Source of the DNA: Podarcis vaucheri
Taxonomy: Eukaryota
Assembly (NCBI GenBank): GCA_965113315.1
Contig: OZ220382.1
Length of the DNA stretch: 64,000 nt
Direction: 5' to 3' (one strand)
The notes under the pieces are model-generated. The model was not told where the DNA came from. It saw only the letters and a list, made by a program, of their open reading frames with translations, and did not search any database. Position 1 is the stretch's first letter, and each line of letters opens with the position of its first letter. Positions 25,813 to 37,169 of this stretch are shown one piece after another. The position numbers and the translations under genes are program-made.

Positions 25813-26721
25813 ACTGGTAATGGCTTGCCAGGGTTTCAGATGGAGGTTTTTCCAAGCCCTACCTGGGGATGCCAGGGATTGAGCTTGGGGCTTTTGCAGG
25901 TGCTTTGCCACTGAGGTTTTGAAGGAGTTTGGTTCAGTGGATTGATTGTAGCAGCAGCCACAGAAGCCTGGCTTCAGATCCCTGGCTCAGCTGCAAAGCT
26001 CACCGGGTGACCTTGGGCCAGTCATTCACTCCCAGCCTTGCCCTCCTCACTGGGCTGTAGGAGAGAAAAGAAACGCATAGCCCTGAGCCTCCTGGCAGGA
26101 AGGGCAGGATGCTGACGTGGCAAATAGTGCCGTGATTTAAGACGATTTGGCTTGCTGTGGTATGGGGTTTACTTAAACAAGGGGGTAGGGAGCAAGGGTT
26201 TGGATAGGGAAATGTAATCTCCAATGCCAACTTTTAAAGGGTGCATTCTGCTGGGCAGTTATGCTGACTGAGCCTGCTAAAATGAATAGGGGCTGCAAGA
26301 GAGCACCATTATTTCCATTAATTTCAACCGAACTTGTGTTTAATAACTTTTTGCCCCAAAGGTGGTTAAGATGTCAGTTTTTTGGCTTAGGCTGCAGTGC
26401 TAACCATGCTTATTTGAAAACAAATCCTGTTGAAGTTGATGGAACAGGAAAAACACATTTTAAGCTGAAGCGTTAGCATTGCATTTGGCTGCAGCTGCAC
26501 ACAAATATGAGAATAAGGTCTGCTTATAACGGGATGAAACAAGGAATGAGGTCACACATATTGTCTCTAGGATTCTTGCAGGAGGAGGGGAAGAATAAAA
26601 CCCTGATTTCAACCAGACCTAAGTGCCAATAGATCTGGGAAGGTGGTATAATTTTATGCTAACAGTAGGGCTTTAACCTTTAATGGGTTAAGCAGATCCG
26701 TCAACTAACACTTTGGTCAGT

Positions 26722-27046
26722 GGGGTCATCCACACTTCTGCTTGACTCAGTATTTGTGTGCCATTTAATTCCTGCCCACCACCCACCCACCCCAGTCCAA
26801 GAGCTTTTCTTGTTATTCTGCAACTGTGCCTTGCTAAAATCCAATCTTACCCACTAAATTGAAGCTTGGTTAAGCAAAATCTCTTTTCAGGTTTTCCGTG
26901 CATCTAAGAAGATCTGAACCAGCAGGTAAGATCCGATTTTCATAAGGCACAGCTACAAAATGACAAGAAAAGCTCTCGGACTCAGAGGAATTAATCAGTA
27001 CATAGTACTATCAAAATATGGGCCAAGCAAAAGTGTGGATGAGCCC
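26722..27046. mobile_element. Old fold-back MITE, possibly PIF/Harbinger
   Basis: GGGGTCATCCACACTTCTGCTTG...CAAGCAAAAGTGTGGATGAGCCC, with long inner inverted arms and AGT on both flanks (3-bp TSD). Confidence 0.65.
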
Positions 27047-27813
27047 AGTTAATCTGTGTGTAACAATCCCAATTGGTGTGTTGAAGACACTAGTTTCTTT
27101 TTTGAAACCCTTCCAGTTTAAAATGCTTGAATGAAAATAATTAAAATATTCCTTCTGACAATGTGTGGTAAATCTCAATGATTTAATCCAGTCTTTGCCA
27201 ACCTGGTGTCTTCCACGTGTTTTGGACTACAACTCTCATCAGCCCCAGCCAACATGCCTGTATAATGCTGGGGCTGATGGGACTTGTAGTCCAAAACATC
27301 TGGGGGCACCAGGTTGGTGAAAGCCAATTTAATCAAATTATCTTGCACTTGCTTGAGGATGCCGAACAAAGGCACCTGTGTCAAAATTTTGGCACTCTGC
27401 AAAATGATTTAAATTAATGAATTGAGCAGTTTAAAAAGATTATATCAAATTGACAATCCTTGTAAATGTGAGCTATTTTTACATGCCACCCAAAATGCTG
27501 GTTTTGTTTTTATTGTAACAAGAGTCACAAAGGTTTTGTGATAACCTGAAATTGTTTTCTTCTGTGTTTTTCCTTCCTGCACCTTCAGAAGTTTCAGGGA
27601 CTGTTGTGGCTCTGATCTGTGCTTATTTTTATGCTTACCAGCATCTAACATGAACTGTTCCCCCCATATCACAGGAATACAATGAACATCTTTGAATGGA
27701 ACACCTTTTAAATGCACCTTTGTCCATTTGGCAAAAAGGGACATCCAATAAGGCAAGGAGGGCAGTCTGAATTGACTCATTATTGATGCTTCTTTTGTTT
27801 CTCACCCCCTCAG

Positions 27814-27893
27814 ATGATGATGAACATGACTGGATTGTTAAGACCTGTCGGAAAGGTTGGGACGAGATCATTGGTTTCAAGCCAAAGGAGTAA
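27814..27893 (+). CDS. MORN5: MORN5 coding exon 5 ([26 protein letters not shown])
   Basis: Acceptor CCCCCTCAG, phase 1, TAA at 27891-27893. Total CDS 519 nt (172 aa). Preceded by a 14.85-kb intron. Confidence 0.93.
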
Positions 27894-28411
27894 GCCTCAT
27901 TAAGGAAAACAGAGAAACAGACTTCCCGTTGAAGCCTTCTGCTTCCCTGCTCAAGGACTCTGCACCTATAATTTCTCCATTAGGGTAGTTTTTTGTTACC
28001 TTCGCTAACCAAATAAGATGTAAACCCCTCACTTCATAAGCAACATTAAGAGGAAATTGTGCAAATAATCACCCTATATTTACTATAATATTCCCACAAG
28101 GTGTGCAACCTGGTAGGCTTTTTATAGTCTATATTGTGAGCACAAAAGAATTAACTCAAAAGGCTGCCTTGCCGTCTCTCAACACCATATTATATACCGG
28201 TTGCACACACACCCACAAGCTACAGTGGATCTTTCCCCTGCACTTGGATATTAATTGGCTGTTGTAACGGCGAGCTCAGAAGCGACGGTTTTTAATAACT
28301 GGTTTGGCAAAGGGGGAGAATGAAACCCATTTGCCACGAACATCGGTGTTCTCAACAAAGGTGATGGGGCGGGCTGCCTTTGGAATTCTAGGGCTGCAGA
28401 AGCATTTCTGA

Positions 28412-28417
28412 AATAAA
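28412..28417 (+). terminator. Probable MORN5 polyadenylation signal AATAAA
   Basis: First AATAAA I can find downstream of the MORN5 stop codon. Confidence 0.5.
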
Positions 28418-28478
28418 AGAAAAATGGAATTGCACCGTTTCCTTTGATGTAAGTGCCAGCACTTCGACTTGCGTTAAC

Positions 28479-28488
28479 TTTATTTATT
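28479..28488 (-). terminator. Probable distal LHX6 polyadenylation signal (overlapping AATAAATAAA)
   Basis: tttatttatt on the plus strand, at the end of an AU-rich, largely TE-free ~3.4-kb stretch after the LHX6 stop. Proximal alternatives at 29137, 29797 and 31133. Confidence 0.6.
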
Positions 28489-31400
28489 ACACAAATAAGA
28501 CATTTACAAAGCACAACAGTAAAAGTAGGTAACAAAACAGACATTGGTTTTACAATTTAAAAAGTGCTTTACATCCCCCCCCCCAATTTTCCCTCTCTTC
28601 TTAAATAAATATTGATCTTGACTGCCTGCTCTTTAGAAGGGTATTTTTAGCCAAGACATGCACAATTGCAACATGCTACAAACAAAACAATCTGCTTCTT
28701 TTTCAAGAAAAACTTGGCTGAGTTTCTGCAGCTGGCATCACCTTGTGAGACCTCCCTTTTATCTGGTATCACTGGTGTCCGAAGCCCCTGTTGCCCAGTT
28801 TACACCACAGTCCTAGGCACTCCTTGTTCTGGAGTGTGAAGCTAATCAAAGCAAGAAAGAGAGAAAGAAGGAGGGAGGGAGGGAGGGAGGGGGGGACATA
28901 GCTCTGGCTTCTGAAGAAGCCATGTCAGGTTCAACCTGCATCAGTTATGCAAATCAAGCATAATTTGCCTGATTCATTCTGGTTTTGCCAAGGAGGGGGG
29001 CGGGGAGGACTATGCATGAAAGTCTTGCCTTCCTTACTTCCTGGGAAGCATTCCTAATATGTGCCCTGCCTTCTAAAGTTCTGCCAGATACCCACATTTC
29101 TAGCCTTAAGGGCTAGAAACTTTATATATCATTTTTTTTATTAAAAAAAAGCAAAGCTGAGTTCCATTCCCAATACCAAGTTTTGTCTTCGTATGACGTG
29201 CATCCAGCCCCATCTAGGCCACTGTCCGTTGGTGCAGCCTTGCGTTAAAATAGGATCGTTGGCCAATCTAGTGGGGACTTAACTCACTGACTCTGGGGTA
29301 GGCAAGAAAGTAGCACCGATGCTTCAAATTCAAGTATTTCAAAAGACTTCCAATTAATTTTAGCCCAAAAGATTTGACAGAAGAGAGGCACAGTCAGGAA
29401 CAGTTTTGTAAATACCTTACAAAAGTGTAGCTGCCCATAGTCCAAGACGCCAGAGGGCTTCCAGTGATCATGTCGAGTTCCATGGGAGGGCTTGCCTGTT
29501 CAGTTCAGTGTAACAGTCAAACAAATGGAACAGCTGCAGCTTACATGGAGCTTCATCTGCAAGCATCAAAGCCACTGCATGCGTATCATAACCGTTGGAT
29601 CAGGGTGAACATTGGCTTTCTTGCCCTGTAAAACTGTTTCGACAACTACAGAGTCAGCAAACTGAATGCTCAGATTTGTTTGTTTGGACCCAGCATAAGA
29701 CTTTTTCCAACACCATCAGTCAGTGTAAACACATTGGCTAACGAGAGTCAGTGGACTAAAATAATTAGGGGATGTGTTGCATTCTCAGGACAGTCGTTTA
29801 TTTTCCATAGGCATCATTTAACTAATTATGAATTGTTTCCAGTTTTTGCACGGCAGAGCCAAAAAGATTTCTCAAGTTTAAAAAGCTGGTCCTGGCTGCT
29901 TCCTGAGATTTGCAAGGAACACAGCCTAAGGCTTCCTGCAGAGATGAGGAATAGGATTGGCGGGGGGGGGGGGGAGGAGAGAGAGAAAGATTACAATACT
30001 CACTTTAGATATAACAGTTGACTGCAACTGTCCATTCTTCTGCACTGGGCTAGTCCTCACCTCTTAGCCGCTCGTACATAGTGTGCCTGCATGTTTTCTA
30101 CTATAAGCAATAGCAGCTTTGGGGGAGGGGCAATTTAAATTGAGAAAATGCCGGCTGTTGTGTTTTTTTAATGGGGGGGGGGAGCTCGCCCAGCACCAGA
30201 CTGGTCCTGATCCAGTCTGCATCTTTGCAGCTGCTTTTACGTTTTAAGAATAGTTATGGGAAATCCTAGGAAGGCCTTCTGTGTGTGCCTGGTCTGCATC
30301 CATTCTTAAGATTGCAACTCTCTGCACACTTACTGGAGAGTGCAGAGCTCTGTTGAGCTTCTGAGGAAGGCTGCTTAGGACTGAGTTGCACAGTCAGTCT
30401 CTTTTCCCTCAGTTACCAAGTGCTACCACATTGAGCGATGTGTTCATGTTTGGTTTCAAAGGCGCATGAGCAGTCCCAAGTGGCAATACGCCCCTCCCAG
30501 CAGAGGGGACGGAGATCTTGTGCATTCCTGCATCCCCAACAGCACATCTGTGGCTTCTGGGTGCAAGGCCACCATGGAGGCAGCTGCTTCAGCCATGCCC
30601 AAATAGTACTGCAGTCCTCAACCAGAAACTCAGGAACCATTCCGGAAAAGGAGGACACGTCTGAGTATTGGTAAAAGCCTCAACCACAGAGATCAAAACC
30701 ACTGAAATGGTGGACCAACCCAGCTTGGCAACACTGCGATGACAGGGGAACCTGTGCCTTTGCCTTTTGAGCCAGCTGCCCAGGAGAAGCAGTCCTCAGG
30801 GAAGGAGGCTAAGGGAACAATCAATTCTAACTGGGAGGGGTGGTAAGTAATTGCTCATGGACTTGTTCCCAAGGAGTGGCTGTGGCACTGCATACATTTT
30901 GGATGGATGATAAAAGAGGGAAATGGATCTACAGGAGGGCAATGATTTTTTTTGACAGAGGGCTAGTTTGCATTGGCACCAATGTATCATCCAGCAGCCA
31001 TCTATTTATGGTGAAGCAGAACTTGAGACCTTGGAGAGCTGCTGCCAGTCAGAGTAAGACAGTACTGTGCTTTGTATAGGGGAGGAGATATCAAGCTGAA
31101 ATTCCAGGTTTCATCATCACCATAATTATCCATTTATTTCTGTAGTATAATACAATTTAGCCAAGGCCCCCCAAGTGGTAAACAAATCAATAGTTTTTGC
31201 AACACTAAGAATCCCAGGCACCTGTTCATTGCACAGCTGTTAAAAAGTTTGGTGCTGACACCAAGGAATAGTCAAATATTTTCTCAGTTCTGTGCTGGGA
31301 CCTAGACCCTGACAACTTCATTGTGGCTCCTAGGAATTGGGAATTGATTCCACAGTTGTGGGAACTGATTCCACAAACGCACACACACCCTGATGTTGGG

Positions 31401-31925
31401 TGATGACTGGGTTGGAAGTGTGTGTGGCGCTTGGATAGAACTCTCCTGGCACAGATAGCCCATGTTGGTATTCAGAGCTGCAGACCCCCTGCCTGTCAAA
31501 GGAGTAGGTGGGCATGTTCTCTACAGGGAAGGTCAAAGACCAGGGGGTTGTAAAGCATTTGATGACAAGCATTGAAAGATACAAGTCCAAAAGCATTGAA
31601 AGAAACAAGTCCACAGTGCATGCTGTTGAAACTCTACTGAACTGAAGTCCTTGGTTGCTTCTGCCAGGGAGATGCGCTGCCTTGGAGTCTTTGAAAGCCA
31701 AACAGTTCCAGAAGGGAAGTCACGGGCTCAGCGGTCATCGGGAATGTGCTGCAGAGCCGTAGAGATTCAGGTGCCGGATTCGTGGAAGGGGATCAGGAGT
31801 GCCACCACGGGTGGGTTACCGCAGCATGAGGGTCTGCAGTTGCTGTGGATTGGCTGGTGTGCATGATTCAGTGCCGCCGCCACCGCCATCAAGTATCCCT
31901 GGGACGTCACGAGGAGCAGGAGCAG

Positions 31926-31946
31926 TCAGTACTGGAAGAGGATGAC
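31926..31946 (-). CDS. LHX6: LHX6 last coding exon (VILFQY*)
   Basis: Acceptor TTTCCTGACAG followed by GTC ATC CTC TTC CAG TAC TGA. VILFQY is the recalled LHX6 C-terminus. Confidence 0.93.
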   Translation of the reverse strand, partial: VILFQY

Positions 31947-33323
31947 CTGTCAGGAAAGCCATACAGAGGGACTCAGCAACACACAATTGGAGAACCCAAA
32001 GCTATGGTGGGGGCCTGTGCAACAACACAAAAGGGAAAAAGGTTCTCCACACCCCAGTCTACAGTGCCTCTTTCACCAACAGAGGGTCACTTTGTGCCCC
32101 TGAGCCACTCAAGAGTTATAGGGAGCTCCCCAACGTCACCCTGAGCCCTCTAGGCTTCTTGTCAGCAATGCCTTCCCCCGCGACATCTCTTCCTCTTAAA
32201 GAAAGGCAGTGCCAAACTGGTTGAGGGCCTCCAAGTGAATATACTGTGCTGTCCAACCACTCCTCTTTTAGGCAGGTTGTGGAATAGTAGCTCAGGATGA
32301 TAGCAGGGAGATGGTTGGGAATACAGTATATGTGAGATTGACTGTGCGTGGGAAAGGTGACACCACGCCAAGCCCAGCCACAAGGCAGGAGGCAGCAGTG
32401 GCCTCGGACAATGACGGGTTGGAGGGCAGAGTCATGTGCTTCATGCCTGCCCTTTCCCCCTCTCCTCTCCTCTCCCCTTCTCAGTACCTTGCTGGACTTA
32501 GTGTGGCAGTGCTGTCTCATCACCAGTGTTGAGGAAAGCTGCAGTCTGGTAGGCTGTCAAATATAGAAGGGGTTGGAATAGATGACCCCCGAGGGTCCCT
32601 TCCAACTTACAATTCTATGAAATGTGGAAAGAAATATGCCGTGAGCCACACGTGTGTCTGTGTGTAGAGGCAACAAGAAGCAAAGCTTAGAGCTTGTTGA
32701 AGGCTGCAGGGGTAGGGGTGGGCTTCAGGGTCTCTGCCCTTGGGGATTTTATGCAAGGAAGCTGATCTGCCACATTGCAGGAGGCACCAGCTGTTGGCCT
32801 CCACTTGTGCTCTGCTTGCGTATCTGAAAACAAAGCAAGAGTTGCAAATATTCCATAAGTCTTGGAATATTTGGTGTTGTCTCTTGGAGCGTCTCACCCC
32901 TTGGGCAAGGAAGTGAGCAGCTCAGAACAAACCACTGCTCCACCAAGCCCAGGACCTCTTATTCCAATTGACAACCACTCTCCCAAGGCTTCAGCTAATG
33001 AGGTCCTTTCCCAGTCCTGCTACCCAATATCTTGGAGAGTGAACCAGTGGCCTCCTGCATACAAAGCATAATCCCCAGCACCAAGCTATGGATTCGTCCC
33101 CATACACAAAGAAATCGTACCAGTGGTCAGGGATGATGGGAATTGCAGTCCCAAAACAGCTGGAGGGCCAAGTTTGGCCATCACTGCTCTAGCTAGGCTG
33201 GGTGGCTCTCTTGCATCGGATTCAGGTTTTGTGGGAATAGCGTTGCGGGATTGTGGAGGTGGGGCAGTGGGGTGGGAGGTGTGGAAGCAGCACTGGTTAT
33301 TGCAGAAGTGAGACCACCTTTAC

Positions 33324-33427
33324 CTTCTCCCCCCTACTCGACAGGGGTCCTTCCATGTCAGCTTTGAGATGCACAGGAGGGGCAGCATAAGGTAGGCGGC
33401 AATGCATCTGTCCACACTGTACCTGAC
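33324..33427 (-). CDS. LHX6: LHX6 penultimate (cassette) exon ([35 protein letters not shown])
   Basis: Acceptor CCATTCACAG, donor AAG|GTAAAG, 104 nt. Matches the recalled mammalian LHX6 C-terminus. Confidence 0.93.
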
Positions 33428-34812
33428 CTGTGAATGGAATGAGAAGGCAGCTTCCAGCCTTATTCTTTTGTGATCAAACAAAAAGCATTGCTGGTGTGCT
33501 TTTGAGAATTCTGTGCCCCTTGGCTTCACAAGCGGAGGGCAATGAGAGGAAGCCACAGGGCATGAGAAACACCAGCTACAGAAATATTGGTTTTAAGGAG
33601 AAAGCATGACGCTGTGAAGTATTCTGTTCTCAGAAGGTTGGTATCCCAATTCTCCCAAAATATTTATCTCAAAGTATAGGGCGAGTCTTTTAAAAGAGGC
33701 CCCGTGGAACATGTGTGCTCTGTATCCACGGGGCCACTTTTAGAGGACTCACCCTGTATTTGTGCACCAAATAGGGTTACAGTAGCCAAACATGAGTCTC
33801 TCCAAGTGATCTTTCCCACCTACCACCCACTTCAGTACCTCATTCTACTGCATGTTCTGGTAACTGGTACTCGAGTCTCAGCTGTTGCTATCTCCCCATG
33901 CCATTGTGCGCATGTGTTGTGCCCAAAATACACAATGATGGTCCCTCTGCAGCTGCCACATGTGAGAGGTCATGAAAGGCAGGTAACAGAGGGCACCTTG
34001 AGTTGCACCTTGGCTTAGTTGTGTGAAATTAGAGCAGGATTTCAGATCCCTGTGAGGAGCAACGCAAGCCTTATGGAAACCCAAGAAGCAAACAGGGGTG
34101 GGGGGTGGGATTCATCCTCATCAAAAGCACCTCCCTCCACATTTAAATTCCATCCTTTTGACAGGGTTAGTTGGTTTGTTTCATGGAGAGATTCTTGGTC
34201 ACTCAACACCTTGGATCACAACAATCCTCTGCACACTTCTTCACAACTTCATCCCAATTTATCCAGTGGGGCTCCTTACCTAGTCTAGGGGTGGGTGATC
34301 TTTTTCTCTCTCAGGATCCACACTCTCTTTGGAGTGAGCTCAGCAGGTTGAGGAGACCCTCTTTGCCAAGAGATGTGAGAGCCATGAGTGAGAGCCAAGA
34401 GGCTCAGAGTTCTCGAAGGGCAAGAAGGAGCTACAGTACTGACACCACCATGAATGAACCTAAGAAGAGCCCCGATGGATCAGGCCAAAGGGGGCCCTTC
34501 TAGTCCGGCCTCCTGTTCTCACAGTGGCCACCCAGATGCCTGTGGGAAGCCTGCAAGCAGGGCCCGAGCACACGAGCACTTTCTCCCCTCCTGTGGAGGC
34601 CGAGCCAAGCCATGACGGCTAGTAACCATGGACAGCCCTCTCCTCCGCCACAAATCTGCCTGGTTCTCTTTTAAAGCCCTCTAAGTTAGTGGCCATCACT
34701 GCCTCCTGTGGGAGGAAAGTTCCGCAGTTGGACCATGCTCTGTGCAAAGGAGTCCTTTCTTTTATCCATCCTGAATCTTCCAGCATCTTAGAGATATTTT
34801 ATGTATTAAGTA

Positions 34813-35056
34813 CAGTGGTACCTCTGGTTGCAAACGGGATCCGTTCCGGAGGCCCGTTCGCAACCTGAAAAGAACGCAACCCGTGTCTGCGGGACACAAT
34901 TCACTGCTTCTGCGCATGCACGTGACATCATTTTGCGCGTCTGCGCATGCGCGCGGGGCGAAACCCAGAAGTAACCCATTCCATTACTTCCGAGTCGCCG
35001 CGGGACGCAACCTGAAAATATGCAATCTGAAGCAAACGTAACATGAGGTATGACTG
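34813..35056. mobile_element. Tigger-like MITE
   Basis: TA-CAGTGGTACCTC...GAGGTATGACTG-TA. Relatives at 44593-44852, 52090-52335 and 63000-63241. Confidence 0.85.
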
Positions 35057-35135
35057 TAGTATAGATATATGGGCTAAAATAAATCACTCTGTTGGGGGTT
35101 GTGGACCATAGGCTGGCACTGGTGAGGACCTAGGG

Positions 35136-35271
35136 CAGGCATAGGCAAACTCCAGCCCTCCAGATGTTTGGGACTACAATTCCCATCATCCCTGACCACT
35201 GGTCCTGTTAGCTAGGGATGATGGGAATTGTAGTCCCAAACATCTGGAAAGCCGGAATTTGCCTATGCCTG
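35136..35271. mobile_element. Palindromic hAT-Charlie (URR1-like) MITE
   Basis: TIR CAGGCATAGGCAAA, GGACTACAATTCCCATCA core, perfect 8-bp TSD ACCTAGGG. Relatives near 27190, 33125, 52354 and 58988. Confidence 0.88.
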
Positions 35272-35314
35272 ACCTAGGGTCACTGGTGCCTGGGGTCAGA
35301 GGCAGAAGGGGGCA

Positions 35315-35320
<6 letters not shown>

Positions 35321-35370
<50 letters not shown>
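35321..35370. repeat. (CT)n microsatellite
   Basis: Read directly. Others: (AAAT)n ~8741-8765, A-run 35940-35964, (TTA)n ~37512-37553, (TTG)n ~38891-38921, (AC)n ~39034-39079, (TAA)n ~49218-49243. Confidence 0.95.
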
Positions 35371-35373
<3 letters not shown>

Positions 35374-35713
35374 CTCCCTCCCTTTTTCCGTACTTGCCAC
35401 CCATATGAGATGAATCTGAGCGCCCTGTGAAATAAGGCCAAGGCTAACAGGGGCCGGAGGTTACCCACTCCTAGCACATGTGTTTAGGATTGCAGCCCAG
35501 ATATTTAAGGTGTGTCACCTGCACCACCTTGCAGCATAGGTCAGTACTGATACCCCCATCATGCAAACTGGAGGATTGAGGCAAAGAGAGAGAAAAAGAG
35601 AGAGAGAGAGGTTTGTCTGGCTATTCCTGCAGTGATGAGACTTCAACCTAAGGCATGCTACATCAGCTTTCTCAGCCGCTACGCTGTTTTTAAGCGCGGC
35701 TGTCAACACTTAC

Positions 35714-35888
35714 TTTCTATGTAGCTGTGCAAGGTCACCATCCTTGCACGTTCAGGATTGCTGAAGGGGGAATAGTGGATGTCGTCAGGCAACACCGAAG
35801 GGATGCGGGACTGGGAGCCTCCAGATGGGGGCACCGTGTGTTGGGGCGTGTGCTTTTTATGGCGCGCTCTGCAGTTCTGAAACCAAAC
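35714..35888 (-). CDS. LHX6: LHX6 exon, homeodomain helix 3 and C-terminal region ([58 protein letters not shown])
   Basis: Acceptor GCATTCCAG, donor A|GTAAGT, 175 nt. [11 protein letters not shown] is the Lhx6/8 signature. Confidence 0.97.
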
Positions 35889-35988
35889 CTGGAATGCAAG
35901 AGGCGTTTTGAGAGGGAGGCACAGCTGTGTTGATTTTGTAAAAAAAAAAAAAAAAAAAAAAAAACTTGCTAGGTTTTACTCAAGAGTA

Positions 35989-36344
35989 AAGATAAAGGTA
36001 AAGGGACCCCTGACCGTTAGGTCCAGTCACAGATGACTCAGGGGTTGCGACGCTCATCCCACTCTATAGGCCGAGGGAGCCAGCATACAGCTTCCGGGTC
36101 ATGTGGCCAGCATGACTAAGCCGCTTCTGGCGAACCAGATCATCGCATGGAAATGCCATTTACCTTCCCGCCAGAGCGGTACCTATTTATCTACTTGCAC
36201 TTTGACGTGCTTTTGAACTGCTAGGTTGGCAGGAGCTGGGACCGAGCAATGGGAGCTCACCCCGTCGTGGGGATTCGAACCGCCAACCTTCTGATCGGCA
36301 AGCCCAAGGCTGTGTGGTTTAGACCACAGCACCACCCGTGTCCC
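35989..36344 (-). mobile_element. Sauria SINE, full length
   Basis: Complete reverse-complement copy. TACTCAAGAGTA repeated at 35977 and 36348 as TSD. Confidence 0.92.
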
Positions 36345-37169
36345 TAGTACTCAAGAGTAGATCTATTGAATTCAATGAACATGGCCCATTAAGTTCAGTA
36401 GGTCTGCTCTGAGTAAGAGTTGAATACCACTCCTGGTGCTTCTGTTTCACCCTGGTGGAGAATACATCAGAGGAAAAGAGAAGCGCAAAAATATATACCA
36501 TTGATGGGCAAAAGAGGGGTCTTGGGGAGCAGTCAGGTTGATAGCAAAAAGGATGTCTGCAAGATGGAATCATAGATGTGTAGAGTTGGAAGGTGTCCAA
36601 AGTCAAAGTGTCATCTAGCCCAACTCCCTAGAGTGTCACATGTCAGCAAGGCTATTGGAGAAAGTAACCCAGGCGGTCAGTTCATCTCTTTCTCTGATAT
36701 ATCGGCTTCAGAATGGATGAGCTGGGCTTGTCATCCTGTGTCACCACAGCCATTGCCAGAGTGCCTTACTGCAGACCCACTTCAGGTCAATTAAACATTA
36801 TTTTAAGAGTAATAAATAAGACATTTTAGCATCTCATTCTTCCTCCAGCGCCCTTCGTCCTTGTTTATTGAGTAGAGCATCCCGTGGACATTTTACAGTC
36901 TCCCCTCCCTCCCCCTTCAAGCTAATTCAGAATTTTGGGAAAGCTTGCAGTACAGCTTACCTGGAATGGCATAATTCATACTGCTGGAGAGGGTCATGTT
37001 TTTGAATGCACCCTTTCTGTTTAAAATACATGCACACACCCTACATTTGGAAAGTTAGCTCTTTGGGGGGAAAGGTCCCCCCGCCGTGCTAGAATCCTCT
37101 GCACAAACAGTTCTTGCCACAGGGAAGCATTGAAATATTTCCCAGTCCTGAGAGTTTGTGATTATGATT

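Noticed and set aside
35136-35271. Long hairpins resembling pre-miRNAs (also near 27190, 52354 and 58988)
   Set aside because: Explained by palindromic hAT MITEs, with clear 8-bp TSDs at 35136 and 58988; no evidence of processing.
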